A stretch of DNA of 30,386 bases. It comes from Candidatus Methylomirabilota bacterium. Its GTDB lineage: Bacteria; Methylomirabilota; Methylomirabilia; Rokubacteriales; CSP1-6. The position numbers and the translations under genes were made by a program. This document shows positions 27,431 to 30,386 of this stretch, in pieces (the first letter of the stretch is position 1; every line of letters starts with the position of its first letter). The stretch spans positions 1-30,386 of the forward strand of contig JBKPAK010000025.1 of NCBI GenBank assembly GCA_046726415.1. Direction: 5' to 3'. A model generated the notes under the pieces. That model saw nothing but the letters and a program-made list of their open reading frames with translations, had not been told where the DNA came from and made no database searches.

Positions 27431-30386
27431 ATGTTGGCTGACTGGCCTCCGTTTCAGGAACTGGCCAAGATCTTCGCCGAGGGGCGCGGGCGGCTTCACG
27501 TGGCCGGCCTCACGGGGGCCGCCCGCTCGCTGGTCGTGGCCGAGCTGCTGCTCGCGCACCTCCGGCCGGCCCTGGTGCTCGCGGCCGGTCTCGCCGAGGC
27601 TCGTCGCTTCGCCCAGGATCTGAGGTTCTTCGGCGCCCCCGTGGTGGAGTTCCCCGACGCGGAACAGCGACTGTTCCGCGTCGGCCGCCACCGCGAGGCG
27701 GACGCCGAGCGGGCCCTCGCCTGCCGACGTCTGCTCACCGGCGAGCCTGTCGCCGTCATCGCCACCCGAGCGGGCCTGGATGTTCCTCTGCCGGCTCGGG
27801 AGGAATTCGTGGATCGCCTCCTGCGGCTCGGCGTGGGAGATCGACTCGACCGGGAGCTGCTTCTCGAGGCTCTTGAGCGCGCCGGGTACGAGCGCGTCGA
27901 CACCGTGGTGGAGGTGGGCCAGTGGAGCGTCCGGGGCGGAATCGTGGACATCTTCAGTCCAGCGCATCCGGCCCCCGCCCGCCTGGAGTTCTTTGCGGAT
28001 GACATCGAGTCGATCCGCCTCTTCGATCCGACCTCTCAGCGATCGGTGCACGCCCTCGACGAGCTACTGGTGGTGCCGCTCCAGGAGACGGCCGAGGCCG
28101 ATGAGTCGGGCCCGGCCCGTCTGCTCGACTACCTGCCCCCGACGGCCGCGGTGATCGTGGATGCGCCGAAGCTCCTCGAGGAGGAAACCGTGGCGACCGA
28201 GGGCGGCGCCGGGGGCGTGCCGCTCGTGCGAAGGCTGGGCGGTCGCCCGATCGTCGAGCTGACGCTGGTGGCCGGAGCGGTGCCCGCGGAGAGCGCGGCG
28301 AGCGAGATCGTTCTCGACACCCAGAGCGCGCCGTCCTTCGGTGGCCAGTTCCGCCGCCTCGCCGCGGCGATGGAGCGCTGGCGGGCCGAGGGATTTCGCC
28401 TGCTGTTGGTGGCGGCGGATGCGCACCAGGCCGAGAATCTCCAGACGATCCTCGGCGAGCAGCACCTCGATGCCACGGTGGCCAGCGCGCAGTCCGGCTG
28501 GGCGGCCCATGCCATCCCGGGCGGGGAAGACCACCCCTGGCCGACGGTGCTGGTGGGCGAGTGCTCGCTGGGGTTCGTCATCCCCCAGCTCGGTGTGGCC
28601 GTGCTCACCGAGCACGAGATCTTTGGCGCCCGCCGGCGCTCCCTCGCCCGGCCCAAGTATCAGCGGGGATCGCCCATCACGGCGTTTACCGACCTCGAGG
28701 TCAGCGATCTCGTCGTCCACGAAGACCACGGGATCGGGCGCTACCTCGGGCTCCGGACGATGACCATCGGCGATCGCGAAGGGGACTTCCTCCTCCTCGA
28801 ATACGCAGAGGGTAATCAGCTCTACCTCCCGGTCGAACGACTGGACCTCATCTCGAAGTATCTGGGCGGTGACGCCGAGGCGGCCCGCCTCGACCGTCTG
28901 GGCGGCGCGCAGTGGCAGCGGGTCAAGGAATCCGTCCGCGCGGCCCTTCGCGAGATGGCCGAAGAGCTGCTGAAGCTCTACGCTGCCCGGGCGGTGGCCG
29001 AGGGCAAAGCCTTCTCGGTCGACACACCGTGGCAGCACGAGTTCGAGGCGGCCTTCCGCTTCGAGGAAACGGCTGATCAGCTGCGGGCGATCGAGGACGT
29101 CAAGCAGGACATGGAGCGGGAGCGGCCCATGGATCGCCTGGTCGCCGGCGATGTGGGCTTCGGCAAGACCGAGGTAGCTCTGCGCGCCGCCTTCAAAGCC
29201 GTGGCGGACGGCTGCCAGGTGGCCGTCCTGGTGCCGACCACGGTGCTGGCTCAGCAGCACTGGAACACCTTCAGCGAGCGCTTCGCCCCCTTCCCGGCCC
29301 GCGTGGAGTTGCTCTCTCGCTTTCGCTCGCCCAAGGAGCAGAAGGCGGTCGTGGAAGGCTTGCGTCAGGGCACAGTCGACGTGGTGGTGGGGACGCACCG
29401 GCTCCTCTCCAAGGACATCGCCTTCAAGAATCTCGGCCTCCTCGTCGTCGACGAGGAGCATCGCTTCGGGGTGGCGCACAAGGAGCGAATGAAGCAGCTG
29501 CGCGCGTCGGTGGACGTCCTGGCCCTAACCGCCACGCCCATCCCGCGCACGCTCTACATGTCGCTGTCCGGGGTCCGGGACATGTCGGTCATCGACACGG
29601 CCCCCCTCGAGCGGCTGCCGGTGGAGACGTTCGTCCGGCGCTTCAGCAAGCCCGTGATCAAGGAGGCCATCGACCGCGAGCTGGCTCGGGGCGGCCAGGT
29701 GTTCTTCGTGCACAACCGCGTGCAGTCGCTGCCCTCCATGGTCCGCCTCATCCAGGAGCTGGTGCCTGATGCTCGCATCGTGATGGCCCACGGTCAGATG
29801 CGGGAGCGCGAGCTGGAGGCGACGATGGTGAAATTCGTCACCGGCCAGGCCGACATCCTGGTGTCCACGGCCATCGTGGAGTCGGGCCTCGACATCCCCG
29901 CCTCCAACACCATCATCCTCAATCGCGCGGACCGCTTCGGCCTCGCCCAGCTCTATCAGCTGCGGGGCCGGGTGGGCCGCGAGCGGCAGCAAGCCTATGC
30001 CTATCTGCTCGTCGCCGCCGATGGGCGGGTGGACGAGCAGGCCCAGCGGCGGCTGCGCGTGCTCCAGGAGCTGACGGAGCTGGGCTCCGGCTTCAAGCTC
30101 GCCCTGCGGGATCTCGAGATCCGGGGGGCGGGCAATCTTCTCGGTCCCCAGCAGCACGGCCACATCGCCGCCGTGGGCTACGATCTTTACTCGAAGCTTC
30201 TCGGCGAGGCCGTGCGAGAATTGCGAGGTGAGCCGACGGCGGCCGCCGTCGAGCCGGTGATCAGCGTCGATGCCGAAGGGCTCCTCCCGGAAGAGTATGT
30301 GCCGGAAGTCAACCAGCGCCTGGCGCTCTACAAACGCCTGGCCGCCGCCGACAGCGCCGAGGCCGTTGCCGAGTTGCGGGCCGAGC
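27431..30386 (+). CDS. mfd: Transcription-repair coupling factor (3' partial; absent from the ORF track because it has no stop)
   Basis: Manual translation: GYERVDTV..VGQWSVRGGIVDIF, VVHEDHGIGRY, GDVGFGKTEVALRAAFKA, DEEHRFG, TATPIPRTL, GLAQLYQLRGRVGR, DLEIRGAGNLLG. Confidence 0.96.
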   Translation, partial: MLADWPPFQELAKIFAEGRGRLHVAGLTGAARSLVVAELLLAHLRPALVLAAGLAEARRFAQDLRFFGAPVVEFPDAEQRLFRVGRHREADAERALACRRLLTGEPVAVIATRAGLDVPLPAREEFVDRLLRLGVGDRLDRELLLEALERAGYERVDTVVEVGQWSVRGGIVDIFSPAHPAPARLEFFADDIESIRLFDPTSQRSVHALDELLVVPLQETAEADESGPARLLDYLPPTAAVIVDAPKLLEEETVATEGGAGGVPLVRRLGGRPIVELTLVAGAVPAESAASEIVLDTQSAPSFGGQFRRLAAAMERWRAEGFRLLLVAADAHQAENLQTILGEQHLDATVASAQSGWAAHAIPGGEDHPWPTVLVGECSLGFVIPQLGVAVLTEHEIFGARRRSLARPKYQRGSPITAFTDLEVSDLVVHEDHGIGRYLGLRTMTIGDREGDFLLLEYAEGNQLYLPVERLDLISKYLGGDAEAARLDRLGGAQWQRVKESVRAALREMAEELLKLYAARAVAEGKAFSVDTPWQHEFEAAFRFEETADQLRAIEDVKQDMERERPMDRLVAGDVGFGKTEVALRAAFKAVADGCQVAVLVPTTVLAQQHWNTFSERFAPFPARVELLSRFRSPKEQKAVVEGLRQGTVDVVVGTHRLLSKDIAFKNLGLLVVDEEHRFGVAHKERMKQLRASVDVLALTATPIPRTLYMSLSGVRDMSVIDTAPLERLPVETFVRRFSKPVIKEAIDRELARGGQVFFVHNRVQSLPSMVRLIQELVPDARIVMAHGQMRERELEATMVKFVTGQADILVSTAIVESGLDIPASNTIILNRADRFGLAQLYQLRGRVGRERQQAYAYLLVAADGRVDEQAQRRLRVLQELTELGSGFKLALRDLEIRGAGNLLGPQQHGHIAAVGYDLYSKLLGEAVRELRGEPTAAAVEPVISVDAEGLLPEEYVPEVNQRLALYKRLAAADSAEAVAELRAE

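Overview
High-GC bacterial chromosomal window. The gene style and REP-like intergenic hairpin repeats suggest Ca. Rokubacteria/Methylomirabilota, but this is an unverified inference. Left to right: a rearranged end (exact 105-bp inverted duplication plus an acyl-CoA dehydrogenase/enoyl-CoA hydratase chimera); a minus-strand gamma-carbonic-anhydrase-like gene, pcp and an SGNH hydrolase; a divergent type III PKS + SAM methyltransferase + FAD oxidoreductase cluster; a frameshifted DUF2298/YYY membrane-protein pseudogene; an M23 peptidase; a stand-alone nuoLMN with its own leaderless-type promoter; a glycerol-3-phosphate block (HAD-IIA, glpD, ugpBAE without ugpC, glycerophosphodiesterase); an AfuA/Fbp-type ABC transporter with an internal palindromic repeat cassette; the Fo-only atpZ-I-B-E genes followed by rex; and a partial mfd. 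No CRISPR array, tRNA/rRNA, transposase or defence system was recognised. Most genes belong to known families. The best leads are the uncharacterised T3PKS cluster, the independent nuoLMN unit, the atpFo-rex unit with a candidate Rex box, and the repeat and duplication biology at gene boundaries.
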